Source of the DNA: Candidatus Nomurabacteria bacterium
GTDB lineage: Bacteria; Patescibacteriota; Minisyncoccia; Phycocordibacterales; SBAW01
Length of the DNA stretch: 64,000 bases
Assembly (NCBI GenBank): GCA_943356415.1
Contig: CALREW010000002.1
Coordinates: 128,325-192,324, forward strand
Reading direction: 5' to 3'
This document shows, in pieces, positions 1 through 9,792 of the stretch. Below the pieces are notes generated by a model. The model was not told the DNA's origin and ran no database searches. It saw only the letters and a list, made by a program, of their open reading frames with translations. The translations under genes were made by a program, and so were the position numbers. Numbering within the stretch: position 1 is the first letter of the stretch; the number at the start of each line of letters is the position of its first letter.

Positions 1-1029
1 GTGTTCAGAGCGTTTCATTTGTGCAATGAGGTCGTCCTTGCTCATCGCCCCCACAAATTTATCCATATACATGCCGAGCATCATCGGTGATACTGGCGGC
101 CGATCGATACTCATCTGATATTTCACGTCATTGAGCTGCACCGTAACGCCCTCTGGACCGTCCCAATATTTTTTTGGATCGCTTTTATCAATATCTCGGT
201 AGTTCATTACCTGCCCATTGAGGTACAGGCGTCCGCGCGGAGTCACCCCCGATTCAGGATTGAGCCATTTCAGCTTTCCGTGCTTATTTTCATAATCCGG
301 CTCTGCAAGAAATGGGTTTTCCTTTGAAACGCCAGCGGTTGAGAGGTCAGAGAGTGCCGCAATAAGCTCTGGATTTTTGGTCTCAATAACGTACGAGTTC
401 TTTCCGCGCTGTTTTGTTGCTTCAACTTCCCCAATAAGCCAATCATGCCTGATGCGCGAAGCATCTTTGGTAAGTCTCGTATCAGTCTCAGCTGCTTGTG
501 CGCGCTTCGCATCGAGCTCCGCAGCTTTTGCCAATTTGTATTTCACCGTCCACTCTTCTCCTTCAATATCGAAACGCGTCACGTCAAAATCACGCAAAAG
601 ACGCAGCGCCGTTTGTTTGAGACCTATTCCGTTACCTCCCGCAGTATTAATATCTCCAGGCTTTTCCGAGTGTGGACTCAAAACGCCCGTATTGTCCTGA
701 AACGGCCAATTCCCCTGGATGGTAAATTGCACTGTTCCATCGCGAAGCTTTTTTGATGCGATATGTACCCCGTCGAGCGTACCAGGGCTCGTTGGATTAT
801 GGTCAACAAAATTTTGAACGAGTTCACGAGAAAGCCACGGCGACGGATACGAGTCTTTTGACTTGCCAAGAAACGTATCGGTTGCAATCGGGTGCGAGTG
901 AGATCCGTCGCGTTCAAGAAGCCATGATACTAATCCTTGCTGCGTGAGAAGAGCGGCTTGAGGAACAGCGGCGCCGTCACGTCGATTTGCTGGTGCGGAC
1001 CCTGGTGCGCGGGGACTCCAAAATGCCAT
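1..1029 (-). CDS. GHKL-family ATPase domain protein, runs off the left edge (not in ORF track)
   Basis: Manual translation from ATG 1029 is open to base 1: MAFWSPRAPG...SRELVQNFVDHN (N-box ExxxNxxD)...NTAGGNGIGLKQ (G2-box)... Confidence 0.65.
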   Translation of the reverse strand, partial: MAFWSPRAPGSAPANRRDGAAVPQAALLTQQGLVSWLLERDGSHSHPIATDTFLGKSKDSYPSPWLSRELVQNFVDHNPTSPGTLDGVHIASKKLRDGTVQFTIQGNWPFQDNTGVLSPHSEKPGDINTAGGNGIGLKQTALRLLRDFDVTRFDIEGEEWTVKYKLAKAAELDAKRAQAAETDTRLTKDASRIRHDWLIGEVEATKQRGKNSYVIETKNPELIAALSDLSTAGVSKENPFLAEPDYENKHGKLKWLNPESGVTPRGRLYLNGQVMNYRDIDKSDPKKYWDGPEGVTVQLNDVKYQMSIDRPPVSPMMLGMYMDKFVGAMSKDDLIAQMKRSEH

Positions 1030-1067
1030 GTGAGTTGGTACCAGAAGTGTAACAGAGAAAGCGCGCC

Positions 1068-1694
1068 CTATTCAGGATTTGCCACTCTAAACGTGACCGT
1101 CGAAACCATTTTTCTAAAATCAGCGAGACCTTGCGCGTAATGGCACATGTCGGAAGCGTCAAATTCGTAATAGATGCCTTTGTAGACGGTGATTATTTTG
1201 AGAGGAAACTTTTTTGGCACAAGTCTCCACGGAGATTGATCCTCCGGCCTGTTTCCAATTCTTTGACAATCAAACCCGGTTTCGACGGCCACAATTCCGT
1301 CAACCGTAGTGCTTGCGATGTAACCACCCGCCTCAATCTGCGCATCACGCAAGAAACCGTAGTACGTCTGTCCTTTTGGAAGGTCGTCAGGTTCTGCGGC
1401 TAGCCAGGCATCAAGGTTTTCAATGTCTGTTTTTTGCATCTGTACCGTTAGCCAGAAATCTAAGTTCGGTATTGAGAGTTGGATTCCGTCACGCGCAGCA
1501 TTGAGCGACGGCGAACCAGTGAGTCGGTACGGCGCGTTTGGGTATTGAAAGGTGACCACAAACTTCTCCGAACGATACGTACTCCAGTGCTGGGTAACCG
1601 CCCACCACAGAAATCCGACGCAAACGACGAGAATCCCTGCGCTAGTAAGGGTGAGGAGCGTTTTTGCCTTCCTTGATTTGAGGAATCGAACCAT
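1068..1694 (-). CDS. hypothetical protein with N-terminal membrane anchor
   Basis: 208-aa ORF, basic N-terminus then hydrophobic helix; TATAGT 6 nt upstream of ATG. Confidence 0.6.
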   Translation of the reverse strand: MVRFLKSRKAKTLLTLTSAGILVVCVGFLWWAVTQHWSTYRSEKFVVTFQYPNAPYRLTGSPSLNAARDGIQLSIPNLDFWLTVQMQKTDIENLDAWLAAEPDDLPKGQTYYGFLRDAQIEAGGYIASTTVDGIVAVETGFDCQRIGNRPEDQSPWRLVPKKFPLKIITVYKGIYYEFDASDMCHYAQGLADFRKMVSTVTFRVANPE

Positions 1695-1735
1695 ACCAAA
1701 ACTATACCTCTCTAAAGGGAATTCCAGCCTTCTCC

Positions 1736-2284
1736 TTAGTTAAGGGTATATTCCCAGCCTGGCTTCCAGGCTTTTGTTTTTCGCCAGTCTTCAGCAAGTG
1801 CTTCCTTCCAGGTTTTTCCTTTGATCAAAACATCCAGCGATAACTGAGGCGCTTTGTGCCCGACAATGGCAACATGCTTTCCGTCGTAATTCTTTTTCAA
1901 AAATTCAAGAAAATCGGAAACGCGATTCTTTACGTCTTCATAACTTTCTCCATCTGGAAATGGCTTTTCAATACATTCCTCTTCTTGCATTGGCTCAACA
2001 GTGTCCGAAGAAGCTCCGTTGAGGCTCCCATAGCTGCATTCGCGAAGTCGTGCGTCAGGAATGATCGGGTACATTCCATCCCACGCAAGCTTTGCGGAGT
2101 CGTGTGCACGTTTAAGATCTGAACAAAATACGACATCGAACTTTTGATCCTTGGTCTGTTCTTTCAACGCAACCGACTGTGATACGCCAAGTTCAGAGAG
2201 CTCCACATCCTTCCAGCCAGAGGAGATGTGCTGCTCGTTATCGGTGGTTGTTCCGTGCACAAAGTACGTTATTTGTAGGCTCAT
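1736..2284 (-). CDS. histidine phosphatase (phosphoglycerate mutase-like) family protein
   Basis: YFVHGTTTDN (RHG-motif variant), SDLKRA, LRECSYG, GESY, VGH. Confidence 0.8.
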   Translation of the reverse strand: MSLQITYFVHGTTTDNEQHISSGWKDVELSELGVSQSVALKEQTKDQKFDVVFCSDLKRAHDSAKLAWDGMYPIIPDARLRECSYGSLNGASSDTVEPMQEEECIEKPFPDGESYEDVKNRVSDFLEFLKKNYDGKHVAIVGHKAPQLSLDVLIKGKTWKEALAEDWRKTKAWKPGWEYTLN

Positions 2285-2309
2285 GTTGTTTACTCTTTTA
2301 CTTATTTTG

Positions 2310-2394
2310 CGGAGACGCAGGGATTCGAACCCTGGAGGGAGTAACCCCTACCTCGTTAGCAGTGAGGCGCTTTCGACCACTCAGCCACGTCTCC
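2310..2394 (-). tRNA. tRNA-Ser(GCT)
   Basis: GGAGACG acceptor, anticodon arm CCTCA-CTGCTAA-CGAGG, long variable arm, GGTTCGAATCC T-arm. Confidence 0.95.
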
Positions 2395-2500
2395 AAATAT
2401 AAGGAGAATTGTCTCCAAATATGCGTGCACCATACCATATCAGACCTATCCCTTCACCCACGTATTGCTATACTTCTTCCATTAGTAACCCAACCTCTCT

Positions 2501-3412
2501 ATGAACTTTTTTTCCACTATCAAAGCGACGTTCTGGAATCCTTCCTTTTATAGGACTGCAGCCGAGGAACACTCGCACCCATTTGGGTATTACTTCAAAA
2601 TGGCTCTCCTTCTTTCAATCATTATGACGGTTGGGTTCTGCCTTTTCGCAGGTCCGAACATCAACGCAACGCTAAGTTCGCTTCCGGATGCCGTTGTTGC
2701 CTACTATCCGGACGACCTTGAAGTGACGCTAAGCGATGGGGCGGTCACCGTAAACCAGCCACAGCCATACATGCTTCCCTTCCCAACGCAGTGGCAAGGT
2801 GACAAAGCAGAGAAGAACCCAACAAACCTTGTTGTTTTCGATACGGAAAAAACATTTTCCGTTGAAAGTTTCAAAGGGTACGACACGGCGGCTCTTGTGA
2901 CGCACGACGCCCTAGTTATAAAAAGTGACAGCGACATCCGTGTCGTACCCATGAGCGACTTCTCATGCAAAGGAGAAAACAACACCCCTTGCAACTACAC
3001 GCTCACCAATGACAAGCTCGCTGCATTCTTAGAACACGTGAAGCCTCTTACCGTGTACGTACTGCCCACGCTTGCTGTCGGCGCTCTGTTGGTGCTTATC
3101 GTCATCTATGCATTGGGACTACTCGCACTTCTCATTACTGCAGCCATTGGAATGCTCGCAATAAAACTTTTTGCGAAAGTTCCTACGCGTCTTGGCTTTG
3201 GAACAACATACCGAATGTGCGTGTACGCCGTGACACCAGCACTCGTGATTGAAGCAATCTTGAGCGTCGTCCGTACCGCGTCCGGCGCATCGGTCCCCTA
3301 CCTACACGGCTTTACCTTCGAACTTATTCTGACGATTCTTGTTATTGTGCTCAATCTTCGCGCTGCCTATCGAAACACCAATGAAACCTCGACAACCTCG
3401 CCACAACAGTAA
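2501..3412 (+). CDS. DUF1189-like integral membrane protein
   Basis: one N-terminal TM, soluble loop, several C-terminal TMs ending YRMCVYAVTP. Confidence 0.6.
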   Translation: MNFFSTIKATFWNPSFYRTAAEEHSHPFGYYFKMALLLSIIMTVGFCLFAGPNINATLSSLPDAVVAYYPDDLEVTLSDGAVTVNQPQPYMLPFPTQWQGDKAEKNPTNLVVFDTEKTFSVESFKGYDTAALVTHDALVIKSDSDIRVVPMSDFSCKGENNTPCNYTLTNDKLAAFLEHVKPLTVYVLPTLAVGALLVLIVIYALGLLALLITAAIGMLAIKLFAKVPTRLGFGTTYRMCVYAVTPALVIEAILSVVRTASGASVPYLHGFTFELILTILVIVLNLRAAYRNTNETSTTSPQQ

Positions 3413-4199
3413 TTCTGCGGACACAAAGAACGACACTTCGTGGGAGAAGGTAGCTACGTGGTACGACGAACATCTCGAAGAAGATGCCGACACGTATCAA
3501 GCAAAGGTTATACTCCCCAACCTCACGCGCATTCTTGCACTTACCGGCACCGAGCGCGTGCTTGATCTCGGCTGCGGCCAAGGATTCTTTGCCCGACAAT
3601 TCGCAATCGGAGCGAGAAATCTTATTGGAGCCGACCTGTCGAGCTCGCTTATCACGTACGCAAAGGAGCGCTCCGGAGGTACGCGCATCACCTACTACGT
3701 AGCCGACGCACAAAAATTATCCTTCGCACGCGATGCATCGTTCGACATTGTCTACTGCGTGCTTGCACTTCAAAACATGGAGAGGCTTCCTGAAGTAGTA
3801 GCTGAAGCGAAGCGCGTACTTACTCAAAATGGTCGTTTTATCTTTGTACTCAACCATCCGGCATTCCGCATACCGAAACGCTCCATGTGGGGCTGGGACG
3901 AGGGGTCAAAAACACAGTTCAGACGCCTGGATAGCTACCTTTCTAGCTCTCAAGAGAAAATCGACATGTCGCCAGGAGCCACAAAGGCTACCTATACCGT
4001 CTCATTCCACCGCTCGATGCAGGACTATACGAAAGCACTGCGTGCGGCGGGGTTTGCGGTAGTTCGCCTTGAAGAGTGGATATCGCACAAAAAGAGCCAG
4101 GCAGGGCCTCGCATGAAAGCCGAGGACCGGGCGCGTAAAGAGTTTCCGCTCTTCCTTTGTATAGAAGCAGTGGCGCTTGGTGGTAAAATGAGTGTCTAA
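3381..4199 (+). CDS. class I SAM-dependent methyltransferase
   Basis: VLDLGCGQG motif I, GADLS, FDIV; start moved to ATG 3381. Confidence 0.85.
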   Translation: MKPRQPRHNSNSADTKNDTSWEKVATWYDEHLEEDADTYQAKVILPNLTRILALTGTERVLDLGCGQGFFARQFAIGARNLIGADLSSSLITYAKERSGGTRITYYVADAQKLSFARDASFDIVYCVLALQNMERLPEVVAEAKRVLTQNGRFIFVLNHPAFRIPKRSMWGWDEGSKTQFRRLDSYLSSSQEKIDMSPGATKATYTVSFHRSMQDYTKALRAAGFAVVRLEEWISHKKSQAGPRMKAEDRARKEFPLFLCIEAVALGGKMSV

Positions 4200-4215
4200 C
4201 CGGTAAAAGGGACGT

Positions 4216-4722
4216 ATGAATAAAAATCTATTTCTTATCGGTCTTGGGGTCGTCATACTCGTTGCAGCTGGAATTCTGTTCTTTAAAGAAAAGCCGCAAC
4301 CGGTTACTACGACAGAAAATCCTGCAACACAGTCGCCTCAATCGGCAACTGAGGTAGCGTCTACGTCTACAAAGGATACGGGTGTGGGTGCAAGCGTTAA
4401 CGTACATGTCGGCACCTCCCCCGTTGTCATCTCCTTCACCGACAACGGATATTCACCAACAAGCGTCACGATTAAAAAAGGTCAGACGGTGCGCTTCGTA
4501 AATAACGCAACTGTGGAGACGTGGCCGGCATCTGCCAACCACCCATCACACACGGTCTATCCTGAGAAAACTGCCGGCGATTGTCTCGGCTCTGCCTTTG
4601 ATGCCTGCCGAGGACTGAAGTCGGGCGAGTCGTGGGACTTTACGTTCAACAGCATTGGTTCCTGGGGCTTCCATGACCACTTGCACGCAAACAAGCGCGG
4701 TACGGTTGTTGTGACTCAGTAA
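4216..4722 (+). CDS. membrane-anchored cupredoxin-like protein
   Basis: N-terminal TM, S/T/P linker, YSPTSVTIKKGQTVRFVN ... GESWDFTF..GSWGFHDHLH..GTVVV. Confidence 0.7.
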   Translation: MNKNLFLIGLGVVILVAAGILFFKEKPQPVTTTENPATQSPQSATEVASTSTKDTGVGASVNVHVGTSPVVISFTDNGYSPTSVTIKKGQTVRFVNNATVETWPASANHPSHTVYPEKTAGDCLGSAFDACRGLKSGESWDFTFNSIGSWGFHDHLHANKRGTVVVTQ

Positions 4723-4727
4723 GAAAG

Positions 4728-5087
4728 ATGCCGAAAGCTGTAGAACACATTCTTCGAGCAGGGCTTGCGTTCGCCTTTATCTACCCAGCGGTAGCTGGGT
4801 ACTTAAATCCATTCTCGTGGATTGGTTACTTTCCTGAGTTTCTAAGAGACTCAGTGGGAAACGACACGCTGTTATTAAATGGATTTGGTTCTCTTGAGAT
4901 CGCAATTGCACTATGGACACTGTCCGGTTGGCGCATCTTTGTTCCTTCAATCCTTGCCGCAGTAATACTCGTTGGTATCATTCTCTTCAATGCAGCACAG
5001 ATGGATGTCATCTTCCGCGACGTATCCATTCTTGCTATAGCACTCGCTCTTGCACTTACCTCAAGAAAAGACCAGGCTCCTGCTTAG
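4728..5087 (+). CDS. DoxX-like small membrane protein
   Basis: LRAGLAFAF ... G.LEI ... FRDVSIL; about 4 hydrophobic segments. Confidence 0.6.
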   Translation: MPKAVEHILRAGLAFAFIYPAVAGYLNPFSWIGYFPEFLRDSVGNDTLLLNGFGSLEIAIALWTLSGWRIFVPSILAAVILVGIILFNAAQMDVIFRDVSILAIALALALTSRKDQAPA

Positions 5088-6241
5088 CGAATTGCTTTAG
5101 CAACAGAAGGTACCACGCGCTTGTCGAATGTGCCTGGCACTATCATTGCGGCGGTTGGTTTCTTTACAAGTGCAGCAAGTGCTTTTGCTGCTTTGAGCTT
5201 CATGGCATCCGTAATTTTAGTTACCTTATTGTCGATAGCTCCACGAAACACGCCAGGGAACGCGAGCGAGTTGTTAATCTGGTTTGGGTAGTCGGAACGC
5301 CCTGTTGCAATAACCGCTGCACCACCGAGCACTGCTTCCTCAGGCAATATCTCAGGTACCGGATTTGCGAGGCCAAAGACAATCGGCTTCTTTGCCATGA
5401 GTTTGATATGCGAAGCGTTCATAAGACCCGGGCCCGATACACCGATAACCGCATCAGCTCCTTCGAGGGCCTCGGACAGACCCCCTGCAATCTGCCGCTT
5501 GTTTGTAAACGCCGCGAGCTCTTTCTTGTGTGGAGTGAGGTCTTTACGACCGCGGAGAATAATCCCCTTGCTATCAAGCATGACGATGTCTCCGACACCG
5601 AGAAGTTTTAAGAGATTCGCAACCGCCGTACCCGCAGCGCCAGCACCCGAGACCACCACTTTCATTTTCTTGAGATCTTTTTTCACGACTTTTGCTGCAT
5701 TGATAAGACCTGCAACCACCACAATAGCGGTGCCGTGCTGGTCATCATGCATTACCGGAATATCGAGTGCCGCTTTGACGCGCGCTTCAATATCAAAACA
5801 TTTCGGCGCCGCAATATCTTCAAGATTGATACCGCCGAACATTGGTGCAATACGAATGACGGTCTCAACTATTTCATCAGCGTCCTGCGTATCAAGCACA
5901 ATAGGAAATGCTTCAAGATCGGCAAGCGACTTAAAGAGCACCGCCTTCCCTTCCATGACTGGAATCGCGCCGTACGGCCCGATATTACCGAGCCCAAGAA
6001 CTGCCGAACCGTCAGAGACGATAGCGATGGTGCGTCCTTTCATCGTGTACTCACGCGCCTTTCCCGGATTCTTAGCGAGGTAGGAGGAGACCGCTCCGAC
6101 TCCCGGGGTGTAGACGGTGGAGAGATCTTCGCGGTTGTGAACGGGTTGAGCAGGAGTCGTGCGAATCTTACCGCCTAGTTTCTTGTGAAGTGCGAGCGCA
6201 AGCTTCGCATAGTCTTTTTTCTGTGTAGATTTCTTTTTCAT
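5084..6241 (-). CDS. NAD(P)-dependent malic enzyme
   Basis: YTPGVG, SDGSAVLGLGNIG, MEGKAVLFK, INLEDI, HDDQHGTA, GAGAAG, ATGRSDYPNQINN. Confidence 0.95.
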   Translation of the reverse strand: MKKKSTQKKDYAKLALALHKKLGGKIRTTPAQPVHNREDLSTVYTPGVGAVSSYLAKNPGKAREYTMKGRTIAIVSDGSAVLGLGNIGPYGAIPVMEGKAVLFKSLADLEAFPIVLDTQDADEIVETVIRIAPMFGGINLEDIAAPKCFDIEARVKAALDIPVMHDDQHGTAIVVVAGLINAAKVVKKDLKKMKVVVSGAGAAGTAVANLLKLLGVGDIVMLDSKGIILRGRKDLTPHKKELAAFTNKRQIAGGLSEALEGADAVIGVSGPGLMNASHIKLMAKKPIVFGLANPVPEILPEEAVLGGAAVIATGRSDYPNQINNSLAFPGVFRGAIDNKVTKITDAMKLKAAKALAALVKKPTAAMIVPGTFDKRVVPSVAKAIR

Positions 6242-6264
6242 CCAGCAATACTAGCAGAAAGATA

Positions 6265-7356
6265 CTATTCCCCCATTTTAGGCAGATCAGGTGGCAAGTT
6301 GTCGTATATAAGTGACCCGCGCCAGTAGCACTCGATGCGCGTTCCTGAGCCAGGATTATTCGAATATTGAACAACTGCGATTCTTGAAGCAATGATCCCG
6401 AATGCCTGGGCTTGGCATGTTGTATTAGCTTCCGCCTGAGTAAGATTGGGCACCGTAATGTGGGGCGCTTTATTGAAATACAAGACATACGTGCCTAGAG
6501 GTTCTGTTGGAATAGGCACAACGGGGGTCGGAGGTGGTTGAGGAGATGGTATTGGGGTGGAAGGAGTGGGCGGCGGCGAATTGTAGGTTGGAGCTGGTGA
6601 AGATTGGCTCGGGTAAACGTACGTAGGTGAACAAAACGGATAGGTACCTGCAGTGCCAGCGGGACACTGCGTTGAAGCAGCGAACGTGGGGACCGCTTGC
6701 CAACATGTTGACCTGCCTCCCGGACCTTCTACTCCGAGTACGACGTACGGGTAACCTTCGATGTTTGCCGCGATTGTCGTGCTGCCTTGCAGTGCAATTT
6801 CTTCACCATTCATAACGAAATTATTTTTAGTGGGCGTCAGTTGCCACGCAGCGCGCGTCGCATACTTCGTGGTCCACGAAAGTGTCGCAGTATCCTTGAG
6901 AAGATAGCTCAGCTTGTCTGTCGAGATTATGCAAGAAGGCGCTTGAGCAGGAGTGCTCGTTGCAGACGTTTCACTCTTTACTGCAGTGTTTACTACAGAA
7001 TTAGTTGCGGAAACCGAGGCACAATACTCAACCATCTTTGCTCTCGTAAGCGGCCCAACCGTACCGACAACAGGGAGCCCTCTCTCTTGTTGAAAACGCG
7101 ACACGTACTGTTGCGTTAGCGGCCCAAAAAAACCAGTTACCAGTGTATCCATCTTTTGGGCGTATAGCGCTGCAAGGAATGTTTGCAATTCACGCACCTG
7201 TCCCTCGGAGGAAACGTCTTTCATACCTCGTGAAAGATTCTTACTAAACTTTGGACAGGCGGAGACAGCCTGCACATTCGTCAAAGGGAACAAAAAGCCA
7301 ACTGCTATTGCCACTACAATAAAATGTGTGGATGTGACTTTGATGGCCCGCACCAT
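6265..7356 (-). CDS. secreted peptidoglycan-binding-domain protein with Pro-rich linker
   Basis: signal peptide, LSRGM..VRELQTFL..TGFFGPLTQQYVSRFQ..GTVGPLTR (PG_binding_1), P/T/S-rich tract. Confidence 0.75.
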   Translation of the reverse strand: MVRAIKVTSTHFIVVAIAVGFLFPLTNVQAVSACPKFSKNLSRGMKDVSSEGQVRELQTFLAALYAQKMDTLVTGFFGPLTQQYVSRFQQERGLPVVGTVGPLTRAKMVEYCASVSATNSVVNTAVKSETSATSTPAQAPSCIISTDKLSYLLKDTATLSWTTKYATRAAWQLTPTKNNFVMNGEEIALQGSTTIAANIEGYPYVVLGVEGPGGRSTCWQAVPTFAASTQCPAGTAGTYPFCSPTYVYPSQSSPAPTYNSPPPTPSTPIPSPQPPPTPVVPIPTEPLGTYVLYFNKAPHITVPNLTQAEANTTCQAQAFGIIASRIAVVQYSNNPGSGTRIECYWRGSLIYDNLPPDLPKMGE

Positions 7357-7463
7357 ACAAATAGGTGCCCCCAGTATACCAGCCGACCTAGAAGCAAATA
7401 TGGGCGTGGTGATAAAAAGAGAAGCGCCTGTGCTGTGAAGTGCCATCTCGCTATACTGTGCCA

Positions 7464-9638
7464 ATGCAGCTCACGGACCCCATCACCGACCATTATCGTC
7501 TGACTGCTCCGCATAAAGCAGCGCTCAAGCGTCTCGGGCTTGCGACCGTGCGCGATCTCCTTTTACATCTCCCCTTTCGCTACGAACACGCAGGCGAAAC
7601 CGCGACCATTGGGGGACTCCAACCTGGCATGCAGGTATCGCTTGTGGGTGTCATAAGCAAGCTCGCAGCAAAACGTGCCTGGAAGAGTAAGCGCCCAATC
7701 GCCGAAGGGAGACTCACTGATCAGTCCGGCACGCTCAAGGTTATGTGGTTTAACCAACCGTATCTGGCCAAAATGGTCGTCGAAGGCTCAACCGTTCGTG
7801 CCACGGGACGCGTCTCTGGCACTCCCGGCAAGCTATACCTCGCAAACCCGGCAATAGAACCTGCGGGTGACTTAGAGAGTGGAGCGCTTTTTGAAAAACT
7901 CGAGCAGGTCGAAAAGAAAAAGGAGGAGTCATCGCCAACACAGCTGTATGCCATGTACCCAGAAACACAAGGCATTACTTCGCTTTGGTTTCGCCACAAC
8001 ATTGAAAAAGCGCTAAAAAGCGACGCGCTCGACGAATTAACTGATGCAATACCCGAAGATGTACTTGAGAAGTACCATCTTCCAAAACTTCGCACTGCCC
8101 TTATTTGGGCGCACACACCCAAAGACTTAAAAAATGCAGAGGCCGCTCGAAAGCGTTTTGCATTCGAGGAAGTGTTTTACATTCAGATAGAACGGCAGCG
8201 TCTACGCGCAGAGGAAGCCCGCGAAAAAAGTTTTACGGTAGACGCACCCAAAGAAGCGGTTTCGTCTTTTATGGAAACCTTCCCATTTACTGCAACAAAA
8301 GCACAAGTGCGCGCCGTTGAAGCAATACTCTCCGACATGAAGCGCGGACATCCCATGTCACGGCTTCTTGAAGGAGACGTGGGTTCGGGCAAAACGGCAG
8401 TTGCAGCAACCGCTGCATATTCAGTTGTACGCACCAGGCCCACAGGCCAAAATTTCGGCACACTCCAAGTCGCTTATATGGCGCCTACTGAAATACTCGC
8501 CAAGCAACACTTTGAATCCTTTATAAAGATATTTGAAGCGCATCCAGTCCCTATCGCACTTATGACTGGTTCGGGATGCTACAAATTTCCATCGAAAGTG
8601 CGGGCAGGCAGTGCAACTCCCATATCACGCGCGCAACTTTTAAAGTGGGTAGGAAACGGTGAGATACCGATCGTCATCGGCACGCACGCGCTTATCGAAA
8701 AGTCGGTTCGCTTCAAACACCTGGCTCTTGTCATCATCGATGAGCAGCATCGTTTTGGCACTGCGCAGCGCCGCAAGCTCGCGCGCAAAGACGTCGCACT
8801 CCCCCATTTGCTTTCTATGACTGCAACGCCCATACCGCGAACACTCGCTCTTACTATTTACGGCGATCTCGATCTCACGCTGCTTGATGAAATGCCAGCA
8901 GGACGAAAACCGATTATTACTGAAATTCTTGGCCCGCAAGATCGCGCGAAAGCCTACGACCGTATGCGCGCTGAGATGGCTGAAGGAAGACAGTGCTACG
9001 TTATCTGCCCACGCATCGACGAACCCGATCCAGAAAAAGCACTCGCCCTTATTGCAAAGTCAGTAAAAGAAGAAGCCAAGCGGCTAAAAAAGGAAGTTTT
9101 CCAAGACTGCGAGATAGACATCCTCCACAGCAAGATGAAGCCTGCGGAAAAGGATGAGGTGATGCGTGCATTTTCGGCGCATGAGACAGACATCTTGGTA
9201 GCAACGTCCGTGGTTGAAGTCGGTGTTAATGTTCCAAACGCAACGGTAATCCTGATCGAAGGGGCTGAACGCTTCGGTCTCTCTCAACTCCACCAGTTAC
9301 GCGGTCGTGTTGTCCGTTCAAACCATCAGGCATATTGCTTTGCACTTGCTGAAAGCAAAGGTGAAACGACACGCAAACGCCTTTCGTCGCTTAAGAATGC
9401 AAAGAACGGTTTCGAACTTGCCGAGGCCGACTTGATGCAACGCGGCCCCGGAGAACTCTCCGGCCGAAAACAATGGGGTATCTCCGACATTGGCATGGAG
9501 GCACTCAAAAATTTAAAACTCGTTGAAGCGGCACGCGATGAAGCAATTGCTCTTGTAAAAAGCGACGAGACCCTGAAGAACCATCCCCTGCTTCGCGAGC
9601 AAGTGGCACACCGCAGCAAGACGCTTCATTTTGAATAG
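7464..9638 (+). CDS. recG: ATP-dependent DNA helicase RecG
   Basis: LLEGDVGSGKT, MAPTEILAKQH, DEQHRFG, MTATPIPRTL, QLHQLRGRV, RGPGE. Confidence 0.97.
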   Translation: MQLTDPITDHYRLTAPHKAALKRLGLATVRDLLLHLPFRYEHAGETATIGGLQPGMQVSLVGVISKLAAKRAWKSKRPIAEGRLTDQSGTLKVMWFNQPYLAKMVVEGSTVRATGRVSGTPGKLYLANPAIEPAGDLESGALFEKLEQVEKKKEESSPTQLYAMYPETQGITSLWFRHNIEKALKSDALDELTDAIPEDVLEKYHLPKLRTALIWAHTPKDLKNAEAARKRFAFEEVFYIQIERQRLRAEEAREKSFTVDAPKEAVSSFMETFPFTATKAQVRAVEAILSDMKRGHPMSRLLEGDVGSGKTAVAATAAYSVVRTRPTGQNFGTLQVAYMAPTEILAKQHFESFIKIFEAHPVPIALMTGSGCYKFPSKVRAGSATPISRAQLLKWVGNGEIPIVIGTHALIEKSVRFKHLALVIIDEQHRFGTAQRRKLARKDVALPHLLSMTATPIPRTLALTIYGDLDLTLLDEMPAGRKPIITEILGPQDRAKAYDRMRAEMAEGRQCYVICPRIDEPDPEKALALIAKSVKEEAKRLKKEVFQDCEIDILHSKMKPAEKDEVMRAFSAHETDILVATSVVEVGVNVPNATVILIEGAERFGLSQLHQLRGRVVRSNHQAYCFALAESKGETTRKRLSSLKNAKNGFELAEADLMQRGPGELSGRKQWGISDIGMEALKNLKLVEAARDEAIALVKSDETLKNHPLLREQVAHRSKTLHFE

Positions 9639-9719
9639 CCCTCGGGGTATAGTCTCCCCAACGGGTGCTTAAATTTGGTTAGAGCCGAGCTTATCATCCG
9701 AGTGTAAGGAGAAACAAAA

Positions 9720-9792
9720 GGGCGTGTAGCTCAATGGTTAGAGCACCGAGCTTATACCTCGGCGGCTCCTGGTTCGAGTCCAGGCACGCCCA
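9720..9792 (+). tRNA. tRNA-Ile(TAT)
   Basis: GGGCGTG/CACGCCC acceptor, anticodon arm CCGAG-CTTATAC-CTCGG, T-arm CCTGG-TTCGAGT-CCAGG, discriminator A. Confidence 0.9.

Noticed and set aside
1736-2284. RHG to VHG change suggesting an inactive phosphatase
   Set aside because: The catalytic His, the other Arg and the second His are retained and the ORF is intact; not enough to call a pseudogene.
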